DNA of 64,000 nt from the NCBI GenBank assembly GCA_964291675.2, contig OZ219866.1, positions 960,001 through 1,024,000 of the forward strand. The letters run 5' to 3'. The position numbers and the translations under genes were made by a program. The stretch comes from Alphaproteobacteria bacterium (GTDB lineage: Bacteria > Pseudomonadota > Alphaproteobacteria > MPNO01). The notes below the pieces were generated by a model. It made no database searches, was not told the DNA's origin, and worked only from the letters and a program-made list of their open reading frames with translations. Of the stretch, positions 32,027 through 41,552 are shown one piece after another; position 1 is the first letter of the stretch, and every line of letters starts with the position of its first letter.

Positions 32027-32455
32027 ATGAAAATCACCCCGGTCCATCCCGGCACGCCGCTGCCGGAGCACAACATGCCCTTCGTGCCGGCGTTCTCGGT
32101 CGAGGGCGGTCGCACGCTCTGGCTCGCCGGCATGGGGCCGGTGCCGATCTATCACAGGCACCCGCACGACCCGGACGAGGAGGCCAAGTGGTACGAGGGC
32201 GGGTTCCGCACGCAGTGCGAGCGCACGTTTGCGAACATCGAGCGCATCCTCGCAGCCGCCGGCGCCGACCTCACCAATATCGTGAAGATGACCCAGTACC
32301 TCACCCATGTGATGCGCGACCAGGACACGCTCAACGAGATCACCTGGGAGCTGTTCGGGCGCGAGCGCATGCCGCCGCGCACGCTGCTCGGCGTGCCGAC
32401 GCTGGCGCATGAGGACATGCTGCTGGAGATCGACGTCGTCGCCCAGCTTCCCTAG
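32027..32455 (+). CDS. RidA/YjgF family protein
   Basis: AAGGAG RBS; QCERTFANI..IL.AAG...IVK.T.YL, PPRT, LLEIDVVA. Confidence 0.87.
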   Translation: MKITPVHPGTPLPEHNMPFVPAFSVEGGRTLWLAGMGPVPIYHRHPHDPDEEAKWYEGGFRTQCERTFANIERILAAAGADLTNIVKMTQYLTHVMRDQDTLNEITWELFGRERMPPRTLLGVPTLAHEDMLLEIDVVAQLP

Positions 32456-32516
32456 CGCGGGGCCGGGAAATGTCGTCTAATCCGGCTTTCGTGCGTGCAG
32501 AACCGCGGGAGAGGCC

Positions 32517-33347
32517 ATGGCGATCACCGTAACCCCGCTTTCCGAGGCGATCGGGGCGCGGATCGAGGGTGTCGATCTGAGCCGCGAGCTCGACGCGGCG
32601 ACCTTCGGCAGGATCAGGGACGCGCTGTTCGACCGCGCCATCATCGTCGTCCCCGACCAGACGCTCGACGAGGACGACCAGGAGCGCTTCTGCCGCTATT
32701 TCGGCGAGCTCGAGATGGTGCGCTCCGGCCAGGCGCTCGGCCGCGACCACCCGGCGGTGCTGATGATCACCAACGCCACCGACACCGGCCGCCCGACCGC
32801 GCTGGAAGACGGCGAGATGATGTTCCACTACGACCAGTGCTACTACGAGAATCCGGCGCTCGGCTCGACGCTGTATGCCATCGAGGTCCCCGACGAGGGC
32901 GGCAACACGCTGTTCGCCAATTGCCGGCTGGCCTACGAGGCGCTGGACGAGAGCTGGAAGGCGCGCCTCGACGGGCTGAGGGCGCTGCACTACTACGACT
33001 ACAAGCGCGATCCCACGCTGCGGCCGTCGACGGTCAACCCGGACGCGCCGCAATGGGTCCATCCGGTCGTGCGCACCCATCCCGAGACCGGGCGCAAGGC
33101 GATCTACGTCAACCGGCTGATGACGCTCTGGATCGAGGGCATCGAGCGTGACGAGAGCGACGCGATCCTCGACTTCCTGTTCGACCACATCGAGAAGCCG
33201 GAGTTCGTCTACGAACACGTCTGGACGGTGGGCGAGCTGATCATGTGGGACAATCGCTGCTCGGCCCATGCACGCACCTGGTTCTCGCCCGAGAAGCGCC
33301 GCATGATGCGCCGGGTGACGGTGCGCGACTCCCACCCCGTCGTCTGA
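32517..33347 (+). CDS. TauD/TfdA family Fe(II)/2-oxoglutarate dioxygenase
   Basis: IGARIEGVDL, HYD facial-triad motif, GGNTLFAN, HPVVRTHPETGRK, WDNRCSAH.R. Confidence 0.92.
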   Translation: MAITVTPLSEAIGARIEGVDLSRELDAATFGRIRDALFDRAIIVVPDQTLDEDDQERFCRYFGELEMVRSGQALGRDHPAVLMITNATDTGRPTALEDGEMMFHYDQCYYENPALGSTLYAIEVPDEGGNTLFANCRLAYEALDESWKARLDGLRALHYYDYKRDPTLRPSTVNPDAPQWVHPVVRTHPETGRKAIYVNRLMTLWIEGIERDESDAILDFLFDHIEKPEFVYEHVWTVGELIMWDNRCSAHARTWFSPEKRRMMRRVTVRDSHPVV

Positions 33348-33350
33348 GCC

Positions 33351-34316
33351 ATGGGCACGATCGACATCGACCGCGCCGAGCGGCCGACCAGGGGGCGCGT
33401 CGGCGGCACCGACAAGGACCGGGCGGCGCGGTTCCGCGCCCGCTTCCCGCCATCGGCCAAGCGCAGCCTCTACATCCGCGACAGGATCCTGCTGCCCGCC
33501 CGCGAGCCGCCGGTCAACCCGGAGAAGAGCGAGATCGGCGACTCCGCCGAGGCCGCGCGCGAGATCTGCGACATGGCGCGCGGGATGGGGGCGGACGCGG
33601 TCGGCGTCGCCGAGTACGACCGCCGCTTCGCCTTCACCCAGGCGGGCGAGCCCGAGCACTCGGCGGTCGTCGTCTTCGGCATCGCCATGTCCTACGACAA
33701 CATGGCCGATATCGGCCCGCGCTCGCAGGAGGAGGTGCACCGGGTCTACCACGCGCTCGACGATATCGGGGTGCGGCTCGCGCACCAGATCGCCGCCTAC
33801 GGCTATTCCGCCAGGATGCAGCCCAACGAGGGCGACATCCCGCTTCCCGCGCTGGCCTGGCTCGCCGGTCTCGGCGAGCTCGGCAAGCACGGCTCGCTGA
33901 TCTCGCCCGAGCTCGGCTCCTCCTTCCGGCTCGGCGCGGTGACCACCGACATGCCGCTTGCGCCCGACGGGCCGGCGGATTTCGGCATCGACGAGGTGTG
34001 CGCCAAGTGCGGCGTGTGCACCCGTTTCTGCCCGGGCGACGCGATCAAGCCGGACAAGCGGACGGTCAACGGGATCGAGCGCTGGCATGTCGACACGCCG
34101 GCCTGCGAGCCGTGGTTCCACAAGCTCTACGGCTGCAAGATCTGCCTGATGGTCTGCCCGCTCAACAGCCGCGGCGTGTTCGGCGAGGACTTCAAGCGGG
34201 CCTCGCGCGTCCTGGTCGACGCCAAAGACGCCGAGGGCATGCTGCGCCTGATCGAGGAGCGCACCGACATGCGCTACGAGGATTTCGACCCGCCGGCGGA
34301 GGAGCGGGACGGATAG
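33351..34316 (+). CDS. Compact reductive dehalogenase/QueG-like protein with two 4Fe-4S clusters
   Basis: GADAVGVA, AGLGELGKHGSLISPELG..FRL..VTTDMPL, CAKCGVCTRFCP and CX9CKICLMVCP. Confidence 0.78.
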   Translation: MGTIDIDRAERPTRGRVGGTDKDRAARFRARFPPSAKRSLYIRDRILLPAREPPVNPEKSEIGDSAEAAREICDMARGMGADAVGVAEYDRRFAFTQAGEPEHSAVVVFGIAMSYDNMADIGPRSQEEVHRVYHALDDIGVRLAHQIAAYGYSARMQPNEGDIPLPALAWLAGLGELGKHGSLISPELGSSFRLGAVTTDMPLAPDGPADFGIDEVCAKCGVCTRFCPGDAIKPDKRTVNGIERWHVDTPACEPWFHKLYGCKICLMVCPLNSRGVFGEDFKRASRVLVDAKDAEGMLRLIEERTDMRYEDFDPPAEERDG

Positions 34317-34324
34317 CGGGGGCA

Positions 34325-34352
34325 TTGACCCGCCTGTTTTTTGTAGTAACAT
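34325..34352 (+). promoter_or_regulatory. Sigma70-like promoter with overlapping TGT-N4-ACA operator for the brnTA pair
   Basis: TTGACC-N16-TAACAT ending 3 nt before the ATG; TGTAGTAACA overlaps the -10. Confidence 0.5.
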
Positions 34353-34355
34353 TAA

Positions 34356-34637
34356 ATGGTGCGTGTCGAGTACGATCCGGTCAAGCGCGCGCTCACCCTG
34401 GAGGCTAGGGGACTCGATATGGCTCGCGCCGGAGAAGTCTTCGACGGTGCGACGCTGACGGTGCAGGACGACCGGCGGGATTACGGCGAAGACCGCTACA
34501 TCACCATCGGCTTCCTCGACGATGCGATGGTTGTATTTGTCTGGACCCGCCGGGCTTGGGTCAGGCGCGTCATTAGCATGAGGAAGGCCAATGAACGGGA
34601 ACGAAGGCTCTACCGTCCGCTACTCGGACCGGGATGA
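34356..34637 (+). CDS. brnT: BrnT family toxin (RelE-like RNase)
   Basis: EYDPVKR....RGLD, DYGEDRYITIG, RVISMRKANERE. Confidence 0.9.
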   Translation: MVRVEYDPVKRALTLEARGLDMARAGEVFDGATLTVQDDRRDYGEDRYITIGFLDDAMVVFVWTRRAWVRRVISMRKANERERRLYRPLLGPG

Positions 34638-34848
34638 CGCGCCCGACCTTTCCCGCGACGGCTGGCCGGAAAAATTTGCCCGTGCGCCCGTGCGCCGTGG
34701 CCGGCCGCCGTCTGTCCGACCCAAGGTGTCGACCACCATCCGCCTGTCGCAGGACGTGATCGACCATTTCAGGGCCGGCGGGCGCGGCTGGCAGACGCGG
34801 ATCGACGAGGCGCTGCGTGACTGGATCGCCCGGCGCGGCGCCGGCTGA
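34591..34848 (+). CDS. brnA: BrnA family antitoxin
   Basis: RRGRP...PK..TTIRLS.DV.DHFRA.G.GWQTRIDEALR. Confidence 0.9.
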   Translation: MNGNEGSTVRYSDRDDAPDLSRDGWPEKFARAPVRRGRPPSVRPKVSTTIRLSQDVIDHFRAGGRGWQTRIDEALRDWIARRGAG

Positions 34849-34887
34849 GCGCGGACGGCCCGCGCCCGACCGGGATATGGCCCTTAC

Positions 34888-36183
34888 CTATCTGGCCGCG
34901 TGTCCATCCGCCTCGCAGGCCTCCCAGACCCACGCCGCGACCGAGAGCAGCGTGTCGCAGGCTCCGCGGCGGGCGACAAGCTGGATGCCGACCGGCATGT
35001 CGCTGGGCCCGCGATGGGTGGGCAGCGAGATGGCAGGCACGTGCAGCATGGTCCACAGCGCCTGGAAGGCGGGATCGCCGGCGTAATCGAGCCCGGGCGG
35101 CGCCTCGCCGTTGACCGCGGGCACGAGCAGCGCGTCCCAGTCGTCGAACAGCCAGTCCAGCATGTGCCGGCAGTCCCGGGTCCGCGCCCGCGCAGCCCGG
35201 TAGTCCGCATGCGGGACCGCAAGCCCGGAAGCGACGGTCTTCCGCATCGCCGGGCTCAGCCGCTCGCGGTCGGTGCGCCATTCATGCGCCATGGCGCGGG
35301 CGCGCTCGTAGTCGTTGATCGCCCGGCGCGCATCGGCGAGCGCCTCGAAGGCGGCGGGCAGCCGGACCTCGTCGACCGCCGCCCCGGCGTCCCGCGCCGC
35401 ATCCGCCGCCCGCTCGATCGCCGCCGCCGTCTCCTTCTCGGCGAGGTGCCAGAGCGGGGTGCGGCAGACGCCGATCCGGGGCGGCGCGGCGAGCGGCGCG
35501 ATCCCGCCCGGCTCGCGCCCCCACAGCACGTCCGAGAGCAGCGCGATGTCCTCCAGCTCCCGCGCGAGCAGCCCCACGGTATCGAGGCTCTCGGCGGCGA
35601 GCTTGATGCCGGCGCGGGAGATCGTGCCGAAGCTCGGCTTGAAGCCGAAAATGCCGCAATAGGAGGACGGCCGCAGCACCGACCCGCCGGTCTGGGTGCC
35701 GAGCGCCGCGGGCACCATGAAATCGGCGACCCCCGCGGCCGAGCCCTGCGACGACCCGCCCGGGGTGCGCGCCGCATCGTGCGGGTTGGTCGTGGGTCCG
35801 GGATGGGTGCCGGCGAATTCGGCGGTGACCGTCTTGCCGAGGATCACCGCGCCCGCCTGGCGCAGTATCGCCACCGCGGCGGCGTCCGCCGCCGGGCGGT
35901 GCCCGTCATAGATCGGCGAGCCCATCCCGGTCGGCATGTCGGCGGTATCGAAGATGTCCTTGATGCCGACCGGCACGCCGTGCAGCGGCCCGGCCGGTCC
36001 GGCGGCGGCGTCGCAGGCGCGCGCCTGGGCGAGCGCCAGCTCGGGGTCGAGGAACGCCCAGGCGCAAACGGTCTCCTCGCGCTCGGCGATGCGCGCGAGG
36101 CAGGCCGCGACCGCCGCCTCCGAGGTGGTGCGCCCCTGGGCGATCGCGCGCGTGGTTTCGGCTGCGCCCGGCAGGCGGGTCAC
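34888..36183 (-). CDS. Amidase signature family protein
   Basis: GTG overlapping the SDR stop; GVPVGIKD, TPGGSSQGSAA, GTQTGGSVLRPSSYCG. Confidence 0.92.
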   Translation of the reverse strand: MTRLPGAAETTRAIAQGRTTSEAAVAACLARIAEREETVCAWAFLDPELALAQARACDAAAGPAGPLHGVPVGIKDIFDTADMPTGMGSPIYDGHRPAADAAAVAILRQAGAVILGKTVTAEFAGTHPGPTTNPHDAARTPGGSSQGSAAGVADFMVPAALGTQTGGSVLRPSSYCGIFGFKPSFGTISRAGIKLAAESLDTVGLLARELEDIALLSDVLWGREPGGIAPLAAPPRIGVCRTPLWHLAEKETAAAIERAADAARDAGAAVDEVRLPAAFEALADARRAINDYERARAMAHEWRTDRERLSPAMRKTVASGLAVPHADYRAARARTRDCRHMLDWLFDDWDALLVPAVNGEAPPGLDYAGDPAFQALWTMLHVPAISLPTHRGPSDMPVGIQLVARRGACDTLLSVAAWVWEACEADGHAAR

Positions 36184-36988
36184 CGGTCGCGCAGCGCGTC
36201 CATCAGCGGCTTCTGCTGGCCGCCGTCGATCTCGATCATCGTGCCGTTGACGAAATGGGCGAGCGGCGAGGCGAGATAGGTGACCAGGTTGGCGACCTCC
36301 TCGCACTCGGCGATGCGGCCGAGCGGGATGGCGCGCGGCGCGAGCTGGTCGGCCTCCTCGTAGGGAATCTCCATGTCGCGCGACATCGCCCGGACCAGCC
36401 CGTCCCAGCGCTCGGTGCGCACCGGGCCCGGGTTGACCGCGCAGACGTGATGTTCTCGCGCCCGTACTGGGCGGCGATCGAGATGGTGAAGTTCTGCCCC
36501 GCCGCGTTGGCGGCGCCCGGGGCGACCTCCCAGTAGGAGTGCTTGATGCCGTCATTGCCGATCAGGTTGACGATGCGCCCGCCGCCTTGGCGGCGCATAT
36601 GCGGCACGGCGTAGCGGGTGCAGCGCACATAGCCCATGAACTTGAGCCCGAGCGCGGCCTCCCAGTCCTCCTCGCTCAGCCCTTCGAGCACGCCGCCCGG
36701 CGCGGCGCCGGCGTTGTTGACCAGGATGTCGAGCCGGCCGAAATGGGCCACCGTGCCGTCGATGAAGGCCTGGGCATCCTCGGGCCCGGTGAGGTCGGCG
36801 GCGATCGCGAGGGTCTCCTGGCCGGTGCGCTGGCGGATCGCGGCGGCGGCGTTGTCGAGCCGCTCCTTGTCGCGCGCGCAGATCGCCACCTTGCAGCCCT
36901 CGCTCGCCAGGCTCTCGGCGATCGCCCTGCCGATGCCGATGCTTCCCCCGGTGACCGCCGCGATCTTGCCGTCCAGTTGCAGGTCCAT
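36180..36988 (-). pseudogene. SDR family oxidoreductase with a single-base frameshift near 36447
   Basis: TGGSIGIG, LVNNAG in the first frame; after ...GRENIT the SDR motif VCAVNPGPVRT...PLGR..EEVAN...DGG continues in another frame. Either a real lesion or a sequencing error. Confidence 0.8.
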
Positions 36989-37085
36989 CTCCGCCTCCTC
37001 TTTGCCTTCCCCGCGCGTGCTCATTTGCGCGCCGACGGGCGCTAGCCTAGCGTGGCGCGGCGGAGATGCAAAACCGGCGGAAGAG

Positions 37086-39380
37086 ATGGCTGACGGAGCG
37101 ATCGGGCGCGCGCTGAGCCGGCGCGAGGATGCGCGGCTGCTGCGCGGCACGGGGTGTTTCGTCGACGACTTCGCCCCGCCCGGCGCCCTCCATCTGGCGA
37201 TCCTGAGAAGCCCCTTCGCCCATGCCCGAATCCGCTCGGTCGACCTCGCCGGCGTCCGCGCCCGGCCCGGCGTGGTGGACGCGTTCTCGGGCGCCGATCT
37301 CGCGTCGCCGCTGCCGGCAATCCCCGTCCGCATCGCCGGGCTCGCCGGGTTCGAGCGTTTCCTGCAGCGCCCGCTCGCCACCGACAAGGCGCGCTTCGCC
37401 GGCGAGCCGGTGGCCGCGATCGTCGCCGCCGACCGCTACGCTGCCGAGGACGCGCTGGCCGCGGTCGAGATCGACTACGACCCCCTGCCGGCGGTGGTCG
37501 ATCCCGGGACCGCGGCGGCCTCGGCCACGCTGGTGCACGAGGAGGCCGGCGAGAACCTCGCCATCCGCTACGCCGTCGGGCGCGGCGACGTGGACGCGGC
37601 CTTCGCCGCCGCGTCCTATCGCCGGTGCGAGCGCTTCCGCACCCACCGCCAGACCGCGCTGCCGCTGGAGACCCGCGGGCTGGTCGCCGATTTCTCCGAC
37701 GGCGGGGCGCTGAGGCTCTGGGGCGCCGCCAAGGTCACCCATTTCAACCGGCGGGCGCTGGCGCGCGCCTTCGGCCTCCAAGAGGCGGCGGTCGAGCTGA
37801 TCCAGCTCGACGTCGGCGGCGGGTTCGGGGTGCGCGGCGAGCTCTATCCCGAGGATTACCTGGTATCGATCGCGAGCCGCCGGACGGGCCGCCCGGTCAA
37901 GTGGATCGAGGACCGCCGGGAACACCTGACGGCGGCCAACCACTCGCGCGACATCGCGTGTTCGCTGGAGATCGCCGCCCGGCGCGACGGCACCATAATC
38001 GGCCTGCGCGGCCGTGTGGTGGCCGATCTCGGCGCCTATGCCCGCACCAATGGCGGCACCGTGCCGGTGCGCGTGGCGCAATTTCTGCCCGGCCCCTACC
38101 GCATCCCGAACTTTGCCTGCGAGGTCGAGGTCGTGGCGACCAACCGCACGCCGACCGGGACCCTGCGCGGCCCCGGCCGGTTCGAGGCCAATTTCTTCCG
38201 CGAGCGGCTGATCGACCTGATGGCGGCGGATCTCGGACGCGACCCGGCGAGCGTGCGGCTCGCCAACCTGCTGTGTCCCGACGAGCTGCCCTACGCTACC
38301 GGCGAGCTGGCGCCGGGCGATACCGGCACCGCCTACAGCGCGGGGGACTACCCGGCGGCGCTCCGGCTGCTGCTGAAGGAGGCGGGCTACGAGTCCTGGC
38401 GCGCGCGCCAGGGCGAGATCGGCGAGGACGGAAGGCGCCACGGGCTCGGGATCGCCTGCTTCGTCGAATCCAGCGCCGCCGGGCCGCCCGAGCACGCCAG
38501 CATCGCCGCCGACGAGAGCGGCGCCGTCGAGATCCGCGTCGGCTCGTCCTCCTTCGGCCAGGGGGTGGAGACCGGGATGGCCCAGATCGCGGCCGACGCG
38601 CTCGGCATCTCGCCCGACGCGATCGCCGTCCGCTACGGCACCACCAGCCTGCTGCCCGAGGGCAGCGGCAGCTATCACAGCCGCACCACGGTGATGGCGG
38701 GCAACGCGGTCGCCGAGGCCGGCGCGGCCTTCCGGGAGCGCTGCGTGGCGCTGGCGGCGCTGCGCTGGAACGCCGAGCCGGGCGGGCTTGCCTGGCGCGG
38801 CGGCCGCGTCGAACGGCCCGGCGGCGAGGCCATCGGCGTCGCGGCGCTCGCCGCCTTCGCGCGGTCCCGCGGCGAAACCCTCGAAGCCGCCGCGCGGTTC
38901 GACAACCGGGGCCGGGTGGCGTGGAGCTGGGGCGCGCACGCGGCGCATGTCGCCGTCGATGCCGAGACCGGCGGGGTCCAGGTGCTCGGCTATCGCCTGG
39001 TCGAGGAGCTCGGCCGGGTGCTCAACCCGATGATGGCCGAGGGTCAGGCCGTGGGCGCGGCGGTCCAGGGGATCGGCGGTGCCCTCCTGGAGAGCATCCG
39101 CCACGACGCCGACGGCCAGCTCCTCACCGCCAACCTCGCCGACTATACGGTGCCGGCGAGCGCGGAGACGCCGCGCATCGACGCGCTGGCTCTCGAAACC
39201 CACCCGGCGGACTCCAACCCGCTCGGCTTCAAGGGCGCGGGCGAGGGCGGAATCGTCGCCGCCGGCGCCGCCATCGCCAATGCGATCGGCCAGGCGCTCG
39301 GCCCGTCCTGCGCCGGGCCGAGCGCGCTGCCGGTGTCCGCGGACGACATCCGGCGGCTGCTGGAACAGGCGCAAGCATGA
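37086..39380 (+). CDS. Xanthine dehydrogenase/CoxL-like molybdopterin-binding subunit
   Basis: RREDARLLRG, LRSPFAHARI, VGGGFG, RGPG, GQGVET, QGIGGAL.E, KGAGEGG. Confidence 0.9.
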   Translation: MADGAIGRALSRREDARLLRGTGCFVDDFAPPGALHLAILRSPFAHARIRSVDLAGVRARPGVVDAFSGADLASPLPAIPVRIAGLAGFERFLQRPLATDKARFAGEPVAAIVAADRYAAEDALAAVEIDYDPLPAVVDPGTAAASATLVHEEAGENLAIRYAVGRGDVDAAFAAASYRRCERFRTHRQTALPLETRGLVADFSDGGALRLWGAAKVTHFNRRALARAFGLQEAAVELIQLDVGGGFGVRGELYPEDYLVSIASRRTGRPVKWIEDRREHLTAANHSRDIACSLEIAARRDGTIIGLRGRVVADLGAYARTNGGTVPVRVAQFLPGPYRIPNFACEVEVVATNRTPTGTLRGPGRFEANFFRERLIDLMAADLGRDPASVRLANLLCPDELPYATGELAPGDTGTAYSAGDYPAALRLLLKEAGYESWRARQGEIGEDGRRHGLGIACFVESSAAGPPEHASIAADESGAVEIRVGSSSFGQGVETGMAQIAADALGISPDAIAVRYGTTSLLPEGSGSYHSRTTVMAGNAVAEAGAAFRERCVALAALRWNAEPGGLAWRGGRVERPGGEAIGVAALAAFARSRGETLEAAARFDNRGRVAWSWGAHAAHVAVDAETGGVQVLGYRLVEELGRVLNPMMAEGQAVGAAVQGIGGALLESIRHDADGQLLTANLADYTVPASAETPRIDALALETHPADSNPLGFKGAGEGGIVAAGAAIANAIGQALGPSCAGPSALPVSADDIRRLLEQAQA

Positions 39381-39556
39381 AGTTCGACGGTGGATAAGGG
39401 CAGGAAGAACTCTCTGGATCGACCGCCTGGAAGGCAAGGTGGACGTGCTGTCCGCCGTCCGCCAATCCCCGGCGCGCGAGCTTTCCGAGCTGCGGGGCGA
39501 GATCCGCGGGCGCCTCGGCGGGTTGCCGGTCGCCCCCTAATCGAAACACCCGCGCA

Positions 39557-40249
39557 TTACGGGTTCAGCCGGTAGCCGCCGCTTTCGGTGACCAGGAGCC
39601 GGGCGTTGGACGGGTCGCGCTCGATCTTCTGGCGCAGCCGGTAGACATGGGTCTCCAGCGTGTGGGTGGTGACGCCCGAGTTGTAGCCCCAGACCTCGTT
39701 CAGCAGCACGTCGCGTGCGACCACGGTGGGGCCGGCGCGCAGCAGGAATTTCAGGATCGCCGCTTCCTTTTCCGTCAGGCGGATCCGGCTGTCCCGCTCG
39801 ACGTCGATGAGCAGCTTGGCGCCCGACCGGAAGGAGAACGGGCCGATGGAGAAGACCGCGTCCTCGCTGCGCTCGTACTGGCGCAGCTGCGCGCGGATGC
39901 GGGCGAGCAGGACGCCGAGCCGGAACGGCTTGCCGACATAGTCGTTGGCCCCCGATTCGAGGCCGAGGATGGCGTCGGCGTCGCTGGATGCCGCGGTCAG
40001 CATGATGACCGGCGCGCGAATGTCCGACTGGCGCAGGCGGCGGCAGACTTCCCGCCCGTCGATGTCGGGCAGTCCGACATCGAGCAGGATCAGGTCGAAA
40101 TGGCTGGCTTGCGCGGTCTCCAGGGCGGTCGCGCCGTCGCCGGCCGGGACGGTCTCGAACTCGCCGTCCATCTCGAGCTGTTCCGCGAGGGCCTGCCTGA
40201 GCGCTTCGTCATCGTCGACCAGAAGGATCTTCTTGCTCTGCCTCGCCAT
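39557..40249 (-). CDS. cenR: OmpR-family cell envelope response regulator (CenR-like)
   Basis: LAEQL, LLDVGLPD.DGRE, GANDYV.KPF, RLTEKE..IL, VWGYNSGVTTHTLETHVYRLRQKIE, closely resembling alphaproteobacterial CenR. Confidence 0.82.
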   Translation of the reverse strand: MARQSKKILLVDDDEALRQALAEQLEMDGEFETVPAGDGATALETAQASHFDLILLDVGLPDIDGREVCRRLRQSDIRAPVIMLTAASSDADAILGLESGANDYVGKPFRLGVLLARIRAQLRQYERSEDAVFSIGPFSFRSGAKLLIDVERDSRIRLTEKEAAILKFLLRAGPTVVARDVLLNEVWGYNSGVTTHTLETHVYRLRQKIERDPSNARLLVTESGGYRLNP

Positions 40250-40446
40250 ACAAACAGCACCCCTCCGATAACCTGACTCGGGCGCCGGGCGGGCGGATTC
40301 TGACAATGGGCGAATCCGCGACCTCCCGCGCGACGCCACGAAGTGGGGCGTAAACCCGCAACAGTCTCAAGACCGCGGGACTAACGACAAAACTAGCTCA
40401 GCGACGCCGGATTGTCATATGCCGCGAACATACGAAGCGATGTCAC

Positions 40447-40463
40447 TGCGACATAGTGTCGCA
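40447..40463. promoter_or_regulatory. Palindrome TGCGACA-TAG-TGTCGCA (RegA/PrrA/RegR-like box) between cenR and the L,D-transpeptidase gene
   Basis: Perfect 7-3-7 inverted repeat with the same arms as 17553. Confidence 0.55.
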
Positions 40464-40562
40464 ACCTTCGGTCGGGTAGAGGCCGAAGCGTTCGCCCAAG
40501 GGCTGCTCCGCCGGCGGGGCGGCGGGTTGCGGGGCCGGGCGGCGGCGGGGTAACAAGCCGCC

Positions 40563-41057
40563 ATGACGCTGACGGTGGGCGCCGACGGGAAGGCGGTCTG
40601 GCGCGGGCGCGCGCTGCGCTGCGCGATCGGGCGGGGCGGCATCGCCCGGGCCAAGGCGGAGGGCGACGGCGCGACCCCGGCCGGGCGCTTCCCGCTGCGC
40701 CGCGTGCTTTACCGCGCCGACCGGATCGGCGCGCCGCGCACCGCGCTGGCCCGCGCCGCCATCGACCCCGCCGACGGCTGGTGCGACGCGCCGGAGGATG
40801 CGCGCTACAACCGGGCGGTGCGCCACCCCTACCGGGCGCGGGCCGAGCGGCTGTGGCGCGCCGAGGGGTGTTACGACCTGCTCGCGGTGATCGGCTTCAA
40901 CGACGATCCCGTGGTGGCGGGGGCGGGCAGCGCCATCTTCCTCCACGTCGCCCGGCCCGATTTCGCGCCGACCGAGGGCTGCGTCGCGCTCGCCCTCGGC
41001 GACCTGCGCGAGGTCCTCGCCGGCTGGCAAGCGGAAGACCGGATCGCGATCGGCTAG
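40563..41057 (+). CDS. L,D-transpeptidase family (YkuD-like) protein
   Basis: EGDGATPAG, WCDAP, GSAIFLH...PTEGCVAL catalytic His/Cys motif. Confidence 0.85.
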   Translation: MTLTVGADGKAVWRGRALRCAIGRGGIARAKAEGDGATPAGRFPLRRVLYRADRIGAPRTALARAAIDPADGWCDAPEDARYNRAVRHPYRARAERLWRAEGCYDLLAVIGFNDDPVVAGAGSAIFLHVARPDFAPTEGCVALALGDLREVLAGWQAEDRIAIG

Positions 41058-41064
41058 CCCCGCC

Positions 41065-41475
41065 TCAGACCGCGGCGATCGTCTGGACCTCGATCAGGAA
41101 CGGCTCCTGCACCAGCCGGTCGACCAGCAGGAGCGTGTTGGGCGGATACCTGCCGTCAGGGAACATTTTCGGGAACTCGCGCAGCCGGAACTTCATGAAT
41201 TCCGGGATCCACTGCGAATGCACCATATAGGTGGTGAACTGGACGACATTGCCCCAGCCCGCCCCGGCCGAGTCCAGCGCCGCGCGGATATTGGCGAAGA
41301 CCTGGACGCATTGCGCGTCGAAATCGCGCTCGCCGACGATGTTGCCCTCGGGGTCGGCCGACAGCATGCCGGCGATGAACAGGAACTCCGACGCCTTGAC
41401 GCGCGTCACATGGGTGTACTGGCCCAGCGGCGCGCCGAGCGCCTCGGGGTTGTAGATGTCGATATCGGCCGTCAT
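41065..41475 (-). CDS. RidA/YjgF family protein
   Basis: PLGQYTH, LFIAG, QCVQVFANI, PPNTLL, LIEVQTIA. Confidence 0.85.
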   Translation of the reverse strand: MTADIDIYNPEALGAPLGQYTHVTRVKASEFLFIAGMLSADPEGNIVGERDFDAQCVQVFANIRAALDSAGAGWGNVVQFTTYMVHSQWIPEFMKFRLREFPKMFPDGRYPPNTLLLVDRLVQEPFLIEVQTIAAV

Positions 41476-41552
41476 CGTGCTGTGCCTCCCTTTGCCGGAA
41501 GCGCGATCAAGCCCGTTCGCGGCCGCCCGATCAAGCCAGCGCGCATGTCTCA

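Noticed and set aside
37086-39380. Form I aerobic CO dehydrogenase (coxL)
   Set aside because: Lacks the AYxCSFR active-site loop and has no coxM/coxS neighbours.
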